Source of the DNA: Camelus dromedarius | Taxonomy: Eukaryota | Direction of reading: 5' to 3' | Length of the DNA: 64,000 nucleotides | NCBI RefSeq assembly: GCF_036321535.1 | Contig: NC_087436.1 | Span: forward strand, 8,432,001-8,496,000 | In this document: positions 1 to 13,790 of the stretch, in pieces | How positions within the stretch are numbered: the stretch's first letter is position 1 | Layout: each line of letters starts with the position of its first letter | Position numbers and translations under genes: made by a program | Notes under the pieces: generated by a model | What the model saw: the letters and a program-made list of their open reading frames with translations, nothing else | Told to the model about the DNA's origin: nothing | Database searches by the model: none

Positions 1-1270
1 ATGTTTTGCAAATATTTTCCTAGTTTGTTCCTTGTCACTCTTTTAACATGATCTTTCAGAGAGGATACAGTTTTAATTTTAATGAGGCCCAACTAATCAT
101 TTTTTCTTTCATTATCATGCTTTTAGTATTGTATCCAAAAAAACTCATTGCTTACCCAAGATCACCTAGATTTTCCCCTCTGTTATCTTCTAGAATGTTT
201 ATAGTTTGTTTTACATTTAGTCTATAATTCATTTTGAATTAATTTCTATGAAAGGTGGAAGGCCCAAGTCTAGATTTTTTTTTTTTTTTTTGCACATGTA
301 TCTCCAGATGTTCTAGTACCATTTGTCAAAATGATTATACTTTCCCCATTTGATTGCCTTTGCTCCTTTGGCAAAGTTTGGCTGACTGTATTGTGGTTCT
401 ATTTCTAGGCTTTCTATTCTGTTCCATTGACCTGTCTGTCTTTTCACCAATATCATACTCTCTTGATTACTGTAGCTTTAGAGTAAGCCTTGAAGTTGGA
501 TGGTACCAGTTCTTTGATGTTATTCTCCTTAAACATTGTACTGACTATTCTGGGTCTTTGGATTTCCATGTAGACTTTAGAATCAGTTTGTAGATATGCA
601 TAAACTTGCTTGGGTGTTGAGGCTGTGTTGATTTTATAGATACCCTTGAGAAGACTGGCATCATAACATCAAAGAGTATTCATAAACATGAAATATTTCT
701 CCACTTATTTATATCTTTTTAATTCATTTCATTATAGTCTTGCAGTTTTTTTCATATATATCTTATACATTTTTTGAGTTATATTTGCATTATTCATTTC
801 ATGATGCTAATGTAAATGGGTTGTATTTTTAATTTCAAATTCAAATTTCAATTGCTCATAGCTATATATAGGAAAGTGACTTAGTTTAATTCCTTGTGTT
901 TTGCAACCCTGCTATAATTGATTCTTAGTTTCAGGAATTTTTGTGAATTCATTAGGATTTTCTACAGAGACAATAATGTGATCTGTGAACAAAGACAGTT
1001 TTATCTTCCTTTCCAATATCTATACCTTTTATTTATTTGTCTTGTCTTATTGCATTGTCAAGGACTTTCAGTGTCGTGTTGAATAAGAATAGGGGAAGGT
1101 ACATTTCTTCCTTGTTTCTGAGGTTAACAGAAAACATCTATTTCTCACCATTAAGGGTGATGTTAGTTTTGTCAGTTTTATAACTTTTTTTGTAGATAGC
1201 CTTTATCAGGTTGAGAAAGTTCTCCCCCATACCTAGTTTGCTGAGAGTTATTTTCATAAATGAGTGTTGA
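1..1270 (-). mobile_element. Old LINE-1 ORF2 fragment (L1MB/L1MC-era), running off the window start
   Basis: Antisense L1 ORF2 motifs such as tttgcaaatattttc, tgattactgtagcttt, aacaaagacagttttatcttcc and tttctcaccattaag; many stops and indels. Confidence 0.85.
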
Positions 1271-1884
1271 CAAAATTAAATTTTAAAAATATCAGAAGAT
1301 GGTAGAAATAATGAATACTAAAATAGAGAAATCAAATTAACTAAATGTAATTAAAATAGTAGAGAAGAAAGAAATCTCCATAAGTAATCTATCATCAGTA
1401 GACCTTTTCTCCCAAGTGGGAATTTGCCAACTCTCTGTGTGATATGATGATCAGATTTGCCCAGAAAGACAATCTCCACTAAGGAGAGGAGAAAAGTTAA
1501 AAATCTTTAAAGTTACTTGGGACTAGCTTGACAGTTTGGAAACTAGTCAATCCGTAAAACAGGTCGAATTTACCCTGGGCTCATTTTATGAATTCTAGGG
1601 TGGCGCATCAAGTGAGGGGTCTGGATCAGAAAGACAAAGTGAAATCTCCTACAGTGTCACAGTGCTTACCATGCACACATTCCCTGATCCGGGGGCAGCG
1701 GGCTCAGGAAGAGCTGGCCACACAGCACAGTGAGTCTCTCCCTTGTGAAAATGTGTAGGATGGAGCGAAAGGGCCAAACTCCAAACCTGGGCAGGATAGA
1801 ATGGGGTCTTCTATAATCCATTAGCTCTGAGGAATCAGAAACCCCCTACGCTCTTAATCAAGAGACTGGGAAGTGCCTACACTT

Positions 1885-2405
1885 TGTGAACGAAAAATAT
1901 TGCCAGCCTTATCAGTAAACAAAGGATGCTGTGGCCATCAAGTCATCAGCCGTTACTGTCACCCCCGACAGCAAGCAGGAGGGAACTCAGGATGCAGACA
2001 AGCAGGCAGCCTGGCCTCTGCTTCCACCCACAATGGTGCCCCCTGAGGGAACTCAGGATGGAAAAGAACAGGACACTGGCCCTAGAGAGCTCAGATGCAC
2101 ATCAAGGGAATGGTTTCTATGAGACCAGATCTTTGCACCATCCCATAAAAAGAAAAACACTAAATTCCTTAACCTGAGCTATCTGGGTTTCTTTAATTAG
2201 CAATAATCTTTTGATGTTCCAACTGCCTGGTCTTTCTTGTAAAATCTCCTATATATCCTGGCTCTTCCCCTATCTCTTCGGAGCAGTCCTTCAGGGTAAC
2301 CTGAGAGGCTGGCATACCAGGTTCAAGGGGTTTGAGTCCTCAGAAACATCCACTTAAGAAAACATAACTCTCAACTTTTAGATTGTGCATTTATTTCAGC
2401 CGACA
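1885..2405 (+). mobile_element. Solo LTR, ERV1-type, copy A
   Basis: TG...CA termini (tgtgaacg...ccgaca) with a perfect 4-bp TSD, ACTT (1881-1884 and 2406-2409); 521 bp; TATA-like cctatatat near 2248; homologous to 49057-49575. Confidence 0.9.
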
Positions 2406-2409
2406 ACTT

Positions 2410-2910
2410 AGCAGCTAACCTAGTAGGTCCCCCAGGAGCAACATTTGCAGAGAACAAATTGACACTCAATTAAGTGCTAAAAACAACTACCTGAAGATGC
2501 TGGAGAGTGAAGAAAAGCAGGCAGGCTATGGTTGGCAGCTGGACGAAGGGAGTGTCTCTGAGTGAGTTTCCAGTTTCTCTGACTTTCAGCCTGAGGCAGG
2601 CTGCTGGCAGCACTGATGGGTGGCTCAATTTTCATGAGAAAAATCTGTGAAGTCTTTCTGGCATGAAGAAGAGCACAACTACAGGGCTGAACGATGAGGG
2701 AGCAATCCTGGGAAGGTCAGAGCCCAGGGAGAGCTCCCCACCTGTGTATCAGCGGCTTAAATATCTGGATTACCCTTGAGGCACATGGATACGGGGCAGA
2801 CACTGAGCAGCTGAGGACTGGAGACCTGGTTTGGATTTCTTTACAGACAGTTTGCTGTTTGAATCAAATCAAGTTAACTGCCTGTTAAAACACCCAAACA
2901 AAATCAACAA
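2410..2910 (+). mobile_element. Ancient L1 5' UTR fragment (L1ME/L1MD-type); may extend upstream of the LTR
   Basis: Motifs aaaacaactacctgaagatgctggagagtgaagaaaagcaggcag and aagttaactgcctgttaaaaca resemble recalled L1ME 5' ends. Confidence 0.55.
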
Positions 2911-4045
2911 AGATTTGGTATTTTGAAGCTTCGGCCAGGCTGTCTTTTAAATGTTTTGCCTTCAATTAGGACTCTTCCTTTCAGTTAATTTTTAAGTTTT
3001 GCAGGCTAAATTATTGTGAAGAAAACGTAACATGATTCTGAAATCAGGACATACACAAGAATACTTCAAGCATTTCACGTATTAAGCTGCAAAAATGCAC
3101 ATTCACATTACTCTAAGATGACCCACGTTGATGTATTTATTTATAAGTGTAGTTTCTCACTATAGTATCTGTTTCTTCAGGCTATTTTGCTACACCAGAG
3201 GCAATTTTGCATGCCATTTTTTTTGGGACTTGCCAGCTTTAGTCAGTTAAACATGAAGTGCGTTAAAATACAATCTGATGCATTGAGATGCGTATAACAT
3301 GCAACTTTCCACACTGGCATATTCACTGTTTGAAGTATTGAATGTACTCCATGCTACACAAACTCATGCATTTTGATGATTTCTATTTCTCACCCTCCAA
3401 ATTACCTGTCTCTCCCTTTACCTACCTACCTAGCAGATGCACTTCCTACAATAGTAAAAACTGAATTACAGGGTCAAACAGGAAAGAATATCCATTGTAA
3501 GCATCAATGAAGTGAATAGCACACTTGCAATTTACACAGCTCATGATCACAGCAATTTTCTGCAAAATCACTCCTAGATCCATATATTTCATTTTTTCCC
3601 TCCTGCACTACCCACATAATCCTTGAGCCTGGTATGGTAGGTTACGTCTGCATGTCACCATGCTGGGTGAGGCAGCGCAGTGGAGGGCAGTTCCTAGAAG
3701 GGACATGGCCAGCCACGTGTTGAAAATCCCAGAAATATATCCTACTGAACCTTTCAAAAGCGAAAGCTTTCCCGATTCAACGTTTTCTCAGTGAGACACC
3801 CCCTCCCCACTAAAGTGGGCATGTTTGTCCAATTTCAGCCCGTATGAGAGAAAAGGTGGCAAAACAAACCATTAAGAGGTAGTAGTCTTTAGCCTTTGCA
3901 TCTAAAATGTTGCTTTTGCAAATTTTACAGAAATATATAATTGTAGGAACAAATCTCCAGAGACCTTGCTGGGGCTTTAAAAGAAGCCCATACAAGTGAA
4001 AAGCCCAAAGTCTGAGTTTTATTAGCTTCATTGCAAATTCACCAT
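2911..4045 (-). mobile_element. Non-autonomous hAT-class DNA transposon (MER53/MamRep-like termini)
   Basis: The reverse complement begins GGTGAATTTGCAATGAAGCTAATAAAACTCAG...CACTTGTATGGGC, similar to the recalled MER53-type end GGCGGATTTACCGTGAAGCTAATGAAGCTT...CACTTGCACGGGC; a degenerate opposite end (tgaagctt) lies near 2925. Confidence 0.6.
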
Positions 4046-4418
4046 TACATATCATTTGCACAGACAGCATGGTCAGACATTTGCAAATTGCTAGTTGAAA
4101 TCCCTGATGAAGATATTGGCAGAGTGAAAACTTGAACATTATTCTATACACATCTTCAAGTAGAGGGCAGTGACTCAGCCAGAGGGTCAACATGCACATT
4201 TTTCTCATTGATCCATGGAAAACAGAACAAATTAGCATCCCTAAAATTGGACCTGTGTGGAAATTAGTCATCTGTGACTAGAACGGTAAAACTACTTTTA
4301 CAGTATTTCCAGGTTTAGTTTATTTCAAAAGTTTTGAAAAAGAAATAGACGGGAAACTTAAAATTCTCCAAAAGAAAAACCTGTTTACCTTGTTAATTAA
4401 AACTATCTTTGTATTTTA

Positions 4419-4422
<4 letters not shown>

Positions 4423-4449
<27 letters not shown>
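4423..4449. repeat. Poly(T)27 tract
   Basis: Read directly from the sequence. Confidence 0.95.
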
Positions 4450-4485
4450 GGCATTGGCCGAGGAAAAAGGATAATGACCTTGCCT

Positions 4486-4515
<30 letters not shown>
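4486..4515 (+). repeat. (GGTCAA)5 hexanucleotide microsatellite
   Basis: Five perfect tandem copies. Confidence 0.97.
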
Positions 4516-4516
<1 letters not shown>

Positions 4517-7344
4517 CATTTCTCGTTAAGCATTCAAACTTCTCTTCAACTAATGGCTTTTGTGTTTTCCGTACTTCCACCAATTTACTCTTCACACGTG
4601 CACCATGTATTTGTTTTATCATCATCCATGTTCTTTCTTCTTTCTGGAGTATTTTCACTCTTTTCCCGAATAATTCTTATCTTTCAGAACGCAGTCTTCA
4701 ATAAAACATTCTCTTTGTCTCAGGATAAGATTCACGTGACACAATGTATCCTTTTTTAATGGCAAGGAATGCACACTTTTCACAAGAAGTTCATCTCTCC
4801 TGGTAACCGCAGACTCACAAAGACAAAAAGACTATGTATTTCCATCTTCATAGCCTCTATTTTACCTCTCCAACAACGTGCCAAAGTATCTAGATAATTA
4901 TTTGCTCCCAACAACCAAAATTATACTGTGTATATTAATAAAAATAACATTGTTAGGGAAAAAAAAACCTACCTTGGACCCAGGAAGCATCATCTCTGGG
5001 CTACCTCTGTTGTACAACCCCTGAAGTTTTCTCTACTCTTTCCTCCTATTTCTCTAATTAGATATCCTACTTTACATGCTTGAAGATTATTTGACTATAA
5101 GAAAAAATATAATGAGCAGTATTTTCTGCACTGCGCACAGATGTTTATTTTGTCCTTTATTTTTATATTTAGCATCAACACACTCACCTAGGTTTTATTT
5201 ATTTATGCTTGACTCAGCACAAAATAATAACCCCAAAACACACATTATTTATAGTAGTTATGTTGTGGACTATAAATGGAATGCCCCCTTATCTCATAAA
5301 TCATCAAGTACCATAAGAATATAAGAGAATGATTTACAAAATTCCTTCTTTCATAGGACAAGAAGAAGGGGAGTTCCATCAGGTTAAAGAGAATTCCTAT
5401 GGCTTCAGATCTGGAGATAGTTGGCAGAAAATTATCTAAAGGAGGCTGGACGCTTGTTTAGAAAAATGGGATTAGATTTACGGTGAGGGTTATAGGATTA
5501 CGCGGGCTTTCCTAGACAGGTTTAGCATGAAGGAGGAGCTTCATGGAAGATTCATGGAAAAATAAGGACGAATATGAAATCCTTTAGACATGCCATCTTT
5601 GTAGGAAGCTGTCTGTTGGTGAGGGAGCATGATGAAAGGATGAACTATGTGTAGTCCTAGATCTGAAGATACCTGAAGGCAGGGAGTAATAAAGCTAATT
5701 CACATTCACAAATGTATCTTGTGTCATAAATCAACGTCACTGAGAACTAAAGAAAATTTCTCCTGTTCTTGGACTCTCATTTAATAAATTTTATCACGAA
5801 ATTATTCAATTAAAAAGTGAAATGGCTTGTTACAACTCTGTATCAAGGCACTGTGTATTGTGGTATATTATTAAGGTGTCCTTCTGACGTTGTAACACCA
5901 TTGCTCTACTCCTACGGAATATTTTGGTGACAATGAAATGGATAATTATCACAAATGCTTAGTACTCTACCTTTCTAAATAAATTTTCTGTACTGCTTCT
6001 GTCATTATTATTATTAGTTAGTAGTAGTAATATACATATAATATGTCAAGTTAATATTATAAGCACTAAATAAATTTCATCAATAAATATGTTTCCTTAA
6101 ATTAGAAAATCACATGCATTTAAAGTAAACCACAGATTTGTATGTGGCAGGGACTAGGAAAAATATACGTCTTAGACTATGATTGAATTATAAGCAAAGA
6201 ATCATTAGGTGGACCAAAAAACTACGTAAACCACTTACTTTATTCCCATGACCATAACTAAAATGTTTAACCCACTGTGCTTGACTTCAAGCTGTTTTAG
6301 ATTGCTGGATGACTTCTGTTCACCACTTGTCCCATTTCCAAACAAAATGCAATGATTCATACACTATTTATTCTTGTACATTTTTGTACTTCCATTAGTA
6401 GAGGTAACTTAGAATTGACTCAGTTTAAGAAATGAGGGGTTTTAATGCTCACTGGGGAAAATATAAGTTTTGTTGACTCATTCTAACCACATTCAGACAT
6501 TTTAGAGATATATTCTCGTTCCGAAAATTATCACTGAATAAGACATAACATCCAATGTATGTGATACCTACCACGTCAGCAATGACAGTGTTTGTGAGAT
6601 TGGTAAGTAGCCCTTTCAGAATGCAAAGTGCAAGGCAATGCTTTCTTCACGTCCTACTGAAAGCAAACTTGACTTTGATTCTTTGTTTGCATACCACCTT
6701 TACACTCACAATTGCTTCTCGTTTGCTGAAGAAACAACACCACAGCAGAGCCAAATGTAGATGCTAAGTGCAAAGCTTTATGAAGAAAGGCAAAACTCAG
6801 CTATGCTTGAAATGTTTGAAAGGCAGGCACTATAATGAGGACAGTATATTAACAGGTGCACAGTTGACGACTGACAGATTAAATTAATAGTTCTCACACA
6901 AAAAGAAAACCAATAAAGCCCAGTAAAGGAGCATTTGTCCAGTCAAAACATTAGGATGAAACATACACAGACTCAGGAGGTTTATGTAGAGTATGTGTGT
7001 ATTAATGTTTCCAAAACTAAAGCTGTGGAAATTTTAATCAGTACACAGGAGATGTCATAAGAGAACCCATAAATTTAAGATAAAGCTTGCCTTCTAATAA
7101 TGCAATTTGGAAACATTGACATAGAGTAAATGAGATTAGTAAATCTCTCCAGTAAATTTACTAAAACTAAATAGTAATCTGTAAATTGTCGACTAAAATG
7201 GATTTTGAATAGCCTTATTCTAATCAAGGTACCTACAGTATAGTCCATTTTATGGGATTATTTTAGTAACTTAGTCAAATATATTTTATCTGCCTGGGCT
7301 GTTTATTTCCTTTCTGCCTCACCAAACCCATTTCCCACTCCTCT

Positions 7345-7359
7345 CCCCCCCCCCCCCCC
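7345..7359. repeat. Poly(C)15 tract
   Basis: Read directly from the sequence. Confidence 0.95.
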
Positions 7360-9399
7360 ATGCTCTGTGATGAGAGAAACTGATTTTAGGGAATGCGAGT
7401 CCTATAAATAAATAAAGAGTGCTTAAAAGCATATAAATGAGAATTTAGTGTCAGCATGGGAGTCAGAGAAACTAGTCTGGAAAACAGCGTAAAGCTAAGA
7501 TTGAAATGATGGAGAGATAAGCAATATGTGATGATGAAGGCAACAATGAAATACACTGCATGCAACAAAAATAAGATGTTTGATATTAGGAGAAAGAGAA
7601 GATAAACTGTAAGGATGCTCAGAGTTCTACTAAACACTTGCATGAATGACCTCATAAAATGGACTTCTGACTTAACAGTTTCTAATTCCTTCTTTAATCT
7701 TCATTATTCACTGACCTACAGCTTTTATTGAGATATAAAAATGTTTACAGATGTCCATTGTTTCACCGAATGTGTTGTGATTTCCCAAAGAAATACCCAA
7801 GGCAAAAAAAAAAAAAAAATCATATGTGTTCACAGCTTATAGGGTAATACGAAAAATTCTAGTATCCAAAATTTTCCTGTACTTTCAAAGTTCTCTCTTA
7901 GGCACTTCAGCTTATTTGCAAATGAATCTTTTATAGTGGTCTCCAAGGACTCTTCCCTCCTGCAACGTTCTGTCTTTCACAGGTGAGAAACTTCAAGTGC
8001 CTACAGTAATTTTATTTGAGCCTTTACTGTCCTTTCAAAGCAGGTGCAAAAACCAAAACAGCATGATGTTCATCACTCAGCAAGATTTTTATGTCTGTAA
8101 CAATGAAAGAAAGCTGCAAATTTGATTTGAGATTACAGAATCCTCAGAGAACCGAGTTACTACTCAGCGCCACGCCTAACGTAAACTATTTGAATCTCGG
8201 TTACGTTGATTCTGTCTTGTCTGACTTCAAAGAATTTCATATAAAATCATGCCCATGTGCAAATTCTCACAACTCTCCTTCCTCTTATTGATAAATAAGG
8301 GAGATAATGGCTAATGAAAATACTATTCTTATATAGGGCAGAAGGGATAGGATCTAAAATGTGATAACCAGAATTCTACATTGCTCTCCGCTAATCTAGT
8401 CGAATTCCGTTTGAATAAAAATGATAACCATTCATAGCAATGTACTTACAGGTATTTGTGTCATGAAATTTCAATGCTCAAACATTACCCTTGGGTTTAT
8501 ATATTTTTTCCAGGAGATTATACTCAAAAGATAAGAAACCACCTGGTTTCTTATTGAGTCCAACTGGTCTATGGTTTACCTGCAGTACCTACTAAGGTCT
8601 TCCCTTTCTCTTTCTGAGATCTCAGGTTGTCAATATTTCTGTCCTGCCAGAAAATGATAAGCTTTACTAACTGAAGCTGTGACTCCATTAATTATAGAGC
8701 AGATAATGGGCCAGTTTCCTGAAAAGTTTTTGTAGGTGTTATTTTCAAATGAGTAGGAAGATCCTATATTGTATTTATCATACCTAGTTAATGAGATTTC
8801 TGACATAGTTTAGTTGTACATTTAATAAATCCAATTTTGTCCTTTTGGGAAAGTGATATCTTCTTAATCCTAAGCAAATAATTACATGGTCATCCAAAGG
8901 AAAAGAACATAATGTAGGCAATTTGGAAAATATTTAAATATTTTACTATCAATTTGAGCTATTTTGCAAATTAGTCAATTAATATTCATCATTCTTTTAT
9001 GAATTGTATTAATTATTTTTTTTCCTGAAAATTCATTCGCTTATAAACATCAATAATCTTTTTAGTAAGATAATTTTTTTGTTTAATTCTAAGGGTTAGT
9101 TGGAAAGAGGTATCATGTAAATAAAATGTTTTATTTGTTTGTATCATAATAATCCAATAAGTTGTGGGTTATAGATCAAGAAAATATAAACGGGTTGTTT
9201 GCATACACTATTAATACAAACTTTGCAAGTTTTCTTTGGTCCATTTAGTCATAGGTAATTAATTCTTGTTTTCCCAATCTTGACTTATGCAGTCTGTTTT
9301 CATGGCATCTGCTTCTGGACTAAAACATTCTGAGAACACTGTCTCAATACGGTTTGAAAGCAGTCAGTTCATGGTGATACCGTCTTAGACTGGGAAGCT

Positions 9400-9652
9400 T
9401 ATGTAAATGGTAGATGTTTAGGAGGAGAATGTACTTAATCTTAAGAAATACATGTTGAAGAATTTGTGGTGAAATATTGTGATGTCTCAACTTAATTTTA
9501 AGTGGTCTACTAATAAAATATCTACTGTATTTATACAGTGATAAGGAGCCAATATATCAAAAAATATTTTAATTCAATGGAGACGAAACTACATAATTAG
9601 TATTAATATTCCCCATTTTTCTTCCTATTTATAAAATTTTCATAATAAAGCA
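9400..9652 (+). mobile_element. Ancient L1 3' UTR fragment (L1MC/L1ME-type)
   Basis: Contains agaaatacatgttgaagaatttgtggtgaaat...gatgtctcaactt and ends with aattttcataataaag, typical of old L1 3' ends. Confidence 0.55.
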
Positions 9653-12099
9653 CTGGGTAAAAAACTAGAATATAATATCAAACTAAAGTTGAATATTTCA
9701 TCTAACTTATCACGGGTGATACTTTAAATCATGTAAATATTTACTCTTCATTTGTTTAACATAACATTGTACTGTGAGTCTTGTGCACATAGAATCTGGA
9801 GAATGCTGAACTAGATTAAGAGAAGACAAAAAAAATGATGCAGCTGTAGGCTCTGGATATTCAAATTGTTCCCTTTTTAAAGAACTGGATATGAAAATTC
9901 TACTAGGAATAGAGAATTCTAATGGGTTATATTTTTCCTTCCAGGGTTATCCATCTTTCTCTTTGATATTAAGAATTGATACCATTAGAAGAATTTAAGA
10001 TTTTTCTTGTGTAGTTAGAGGACTAAAGGAAATAGTGAGCTCCTTTTTAAAAGTTGTACTTACGAGGAAGATTAGGTTTAAATATCAACTTTTAAGTACA
10101 AATAATATACAAGTAATATAACTTACTGTATGCATATGTATATTTTTAAAATTCATATTAATATGTAATATTATACATGACTATTTTGAGATAAACTGAA
10201 AACCAACTTCTCAAGAAAAAAACACTCATGGATGAATTTTGCTCAGAGAAAAGGCATAAGGGGACAGTTATCCATATTTATGTTGTATTATACTAAGATT
10301 TCCATGCTGGGATTTACCTCATGAAAAAAGTTTTTAGTTTAGGTTATGACTTCTCTCTGTGACAATAGGACGTAACTGGTAGTAGAATGAATCACTAGTT
10401 TAAGAAGAAAATATTAGAGGGATGAATTCACCTGCTAACTGTAAAACAGTGGTTCTTTCTGTCATGTAAGATATGGAAAGATTTATCTTGGTGTTAGAAG
10501 TTGAGGGTTCTTCACACATCTATTTGTACGGAATGGTTTTATCTTACCTGAACTTCACCAAATACTCATATTTCTGAACCACACATGATGGAGTTTCCAT
10601 AGTAGTGGACTGAAGTTCTAAAGTGAGTTTCAATTGTCTCTATAGCTTACCTTTCAAAACAAAGAAAAAAAAGCAAACTGTTGCTTTTCATCATATATTA
10701 AGGTTCAGATATTTGGTATTTTTCCCCTTTGGGTTCATTTGACACAAAATCTCATCACTAACATCTAGTGCCTAATCACCCACTTGTGTGTTCATTTTAT
10801 TTATAACTTATATTTAGAAAAATTATATTTAATAACTGTCCTAAAATTCCCAATATCATAGAGTTAAAATATATTTTTTCTGTATGTGACATAGTTAATC
10901 TTAGGAGAGATAATGAATTTAGTATGTAAAAGTGTACAAAAACATAAGTTAAAGCTGTTTTTCAATCCCTAGACTCAGTCCCATCTACTAGCAATAAAAC
11001 AGTAAAAACAGTTAATAGTTTGGAATCTACACATGTAGGTATTTTATATGTGTATGTGTATGTGGGTGTATTTATATATTATATATATAGAGAGAGACTA
11101 TTTAGCATATTCTATTTTATGATATTATATAACATATTAAATAAACAATATTATTCAATGATAAGTTTTCACTTAGTCATATTTCTTGTGACTCATTCCA
11201 TGTCCATGGGTGAAAATCTAGCTCATTCTTTTTAAAAGCTTCATGGTCACAGAGCCTGGAGAAGCAGATTCTCTTTCTTTGAGATTTGTTATAATATTCT
11301 GGATCACTGGTTATTCAACTGAGAATTGACACATAAGTTTAGAATCTGTGTTTGGTGTGCTGTTAGCTGTTTTCTTAGTCCTATTTTAACTTAACAAGGT
11401 AAATGAAAAATGATCAGTGGAAATGTGACATAAAAATGTTTTCATGTCAAGTGAAGCCTCCGTGATGATCATGGTGTACAAATGAAGCTTCTGTAACAGT
11501 CCAATTTTTTTTTAAAAGATGAGAATTTAAGCATCAAATGTCTCTCATAAATTCAAATATGAAAAACTTGAAAAAAATCACTGGTACTGTAGTTATTAAT
11601 ATTATAGATAAACTTCTATTAGGAATTTGGCTTCAGCTCATCATTTGTAACATTAAATCAAGGAATCAATTGAAGTTTAACTGTTTCTATGTTGGTATTT
11701 AATTCTTAAAAATGCTTTGATTTTGTAGCTGCACAGATAACCATAGCATGAGTTTATAAATAAAGTACTATTACATTTAATATTTTAATAAAAAATATTT
11801 GTAAGATGAGAAGTTCACAATAATTTAATTATTTTCTTTAAAATAAGCCACACCTTATTCAACTTTAAGAGACATTGACATTGACAGCCTCAATAAGAAT
11901 TATATATATCTACTTTCTTATACTAAATATGTTTCCAAGAATATGCAGAACTTTTACATTTTAAACCTATTTAATATCAAAAGTTAAAATGGTGGCATAT
12001 TTGGATTTTTCTATGAAATGAAAAATGAAAGAGTTAAACAGAGGAAGAATTTTCCAATGTCGTTGACGATCCACTTAAAATATAGAATATAAAATGTAT

Positions 12100-12190
12100 T
12101 AGGGCAAAGACTGCATAGTTAACTCACTATGGTTTTGCCAGTGTCTGGAATATTATGGTTACTCAATAAATACCTGCTTAAAATAAATGT
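12100..12190 (+). mobile_element. LINE-2 3' end fragment
   Basis: agggcaaagactg...actcaataaatacctgcttaaaataaatg resembles the L2 terminus. Confidence 0.5.
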
Positions 12191-13790
12191 ATAGATGACT
12201 AGATACATAGGCAAGAGGTACTTTTTTATATTGAATATAAATGTATTGTTTCGCTTGCATAAAAAGTACATTTTGATGAAGAGCGACTTGAGTGGCTATC
12301 CAAAGAATTAGTCTTAAAGTGAAAGCATTCAATTTATTGAAAACATTTTGTCTAAATTTTATGACAGAGAAAATTCTCTAAAACATTTAACTGCATACTT
12401 TTGAACAAACAGAAATAAATCAGGGCACATGTACTTATAAAAAATTCAGGAGAAAGGCAGGACTTTGAGAATGGTGGAGGAAGGCTCTCCAAAAATCTAC
12501 ATGTCCGTAAAAGCCATGACAAACTGGCAAAAAACGTGTCAAAACCAACTTCTCAGAACTCGGCATTTAACCACAGGCTTGCAATAATCTAAGAAGTGGT
12601 TGTTCAGTAATGACAGCTAGATCTTTATAAGAATAGCTAGTTTTTGACATTTGAACTTGGCCTGTTCCCATCCTCCTCTTCCCAAGTTCACAGGAGACTT
12701 TCAAACAACAGCCTCACAACCATGAAAGCTGTGGGAACTAGCAGCCTCACAGCCCGTGGAAGAGGCGGACTCTGTATACAGCCAATCCAGAAGCCCTGTC
12801 CCTGGAGACCCGCCACTGTTTGGCATTAAAGGAAGCACCCTGCAAAAATCCCACCCCCAGGCCTAGTTGTCTGATTCTGAACTTGCTCAACAGAAAAAGT
12901 GCTCTCTCACAAGCAGCTGTTGAAAAACTTAGTGACAATTATTTAACATCACAGCAGACTAAAGCAGTGATACCAATTTGGACAAACGAGAAGAAAGTAA
13001 AACATTATAAGGAAGATATGAGGAGTAAGATGTCCATAGATGTTTTGAAAAGACCGTCTTTTTTTCTTAGGGATCTAAAAGATCATGTGCTTGTGCAGGG
13101 CTGTGTGCACACCCAGAAAAGCCCAAATAAACATGCTTCACTTCTGGCTGACTGTGAGGCTCTATGCAAGCAGAAAGTAAAGACCAAAACAAAGTTGCAA
13201 ACTGCCCACAGAAGCATTGAACACATGATCTCAAATCAGAAAAAAAACAGTGTATTGACGAAGTCTGGGAGACTTTTTGATTCCAAGCATTTAAGGAAAT
13301 CTCTGCCCAATTGTAACCTAACTACTAAGCTACATGAGCAGAGACTTCAGTAGCCGTAAATGTCAGGGAATACAGACTGTGAGGAATCAGTTAGGAAACT
13401 CACTAAGCAGACAGCAAAAACAACACAATCAGCACCACCAACAAAACATAAGGAAGCAGGAGAGTCTGATATCCACACTTACCAATTATATTATCTAAGA
13501 CATCCAGTTTTCAACAAAATGTTTTTTCAATAGATGATAAAATTCATTATGTTCTTTATAAACTAAACAAAGCAGTCAGTAGAAACTCCCTAGTGAAGAA
13601 CACATGTTGGATGCACTAGACAAAGATTTTTAGTTAATAATTATAAATATGTTCAAAGAAGAAACGAGAATCATGTCTAAAGGATTAAAGAAAAGTATAG
13701 GTTGATAGCCCACTAAATATGTAATATCAATAAAGAGAAAAAAATTCCAGACAAAAAAATAAAAAGAAATTCTGGAGCTGAGAAGTACAT

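Noticed and set aside
3810..4271. 153-aa minus-strand ORF as a transposase or gene
   Set aside because: It crosses the terminus of a non-autonomous hAT-like element and has no transposase motifs, so it is a chance ORF.
4390..4704. ORF with poly-F and GQ repeats
   Set aside because: It is a translation of the T27 tract and the (GGTCAA)5 microsatellite.
4423..4800. Minus-strand processed pseudogene ending at the T27 tract
   Set aside because: There is no poly(A) signal at the expected distance, no TSD and no recognisable parent gene.
12820..13353. Longest ORF in the track (177 aa) as a gene
   Set aside because: It lies in the 5' UTR region of an old L1, has a non-ATG start and has no recognisable domain.
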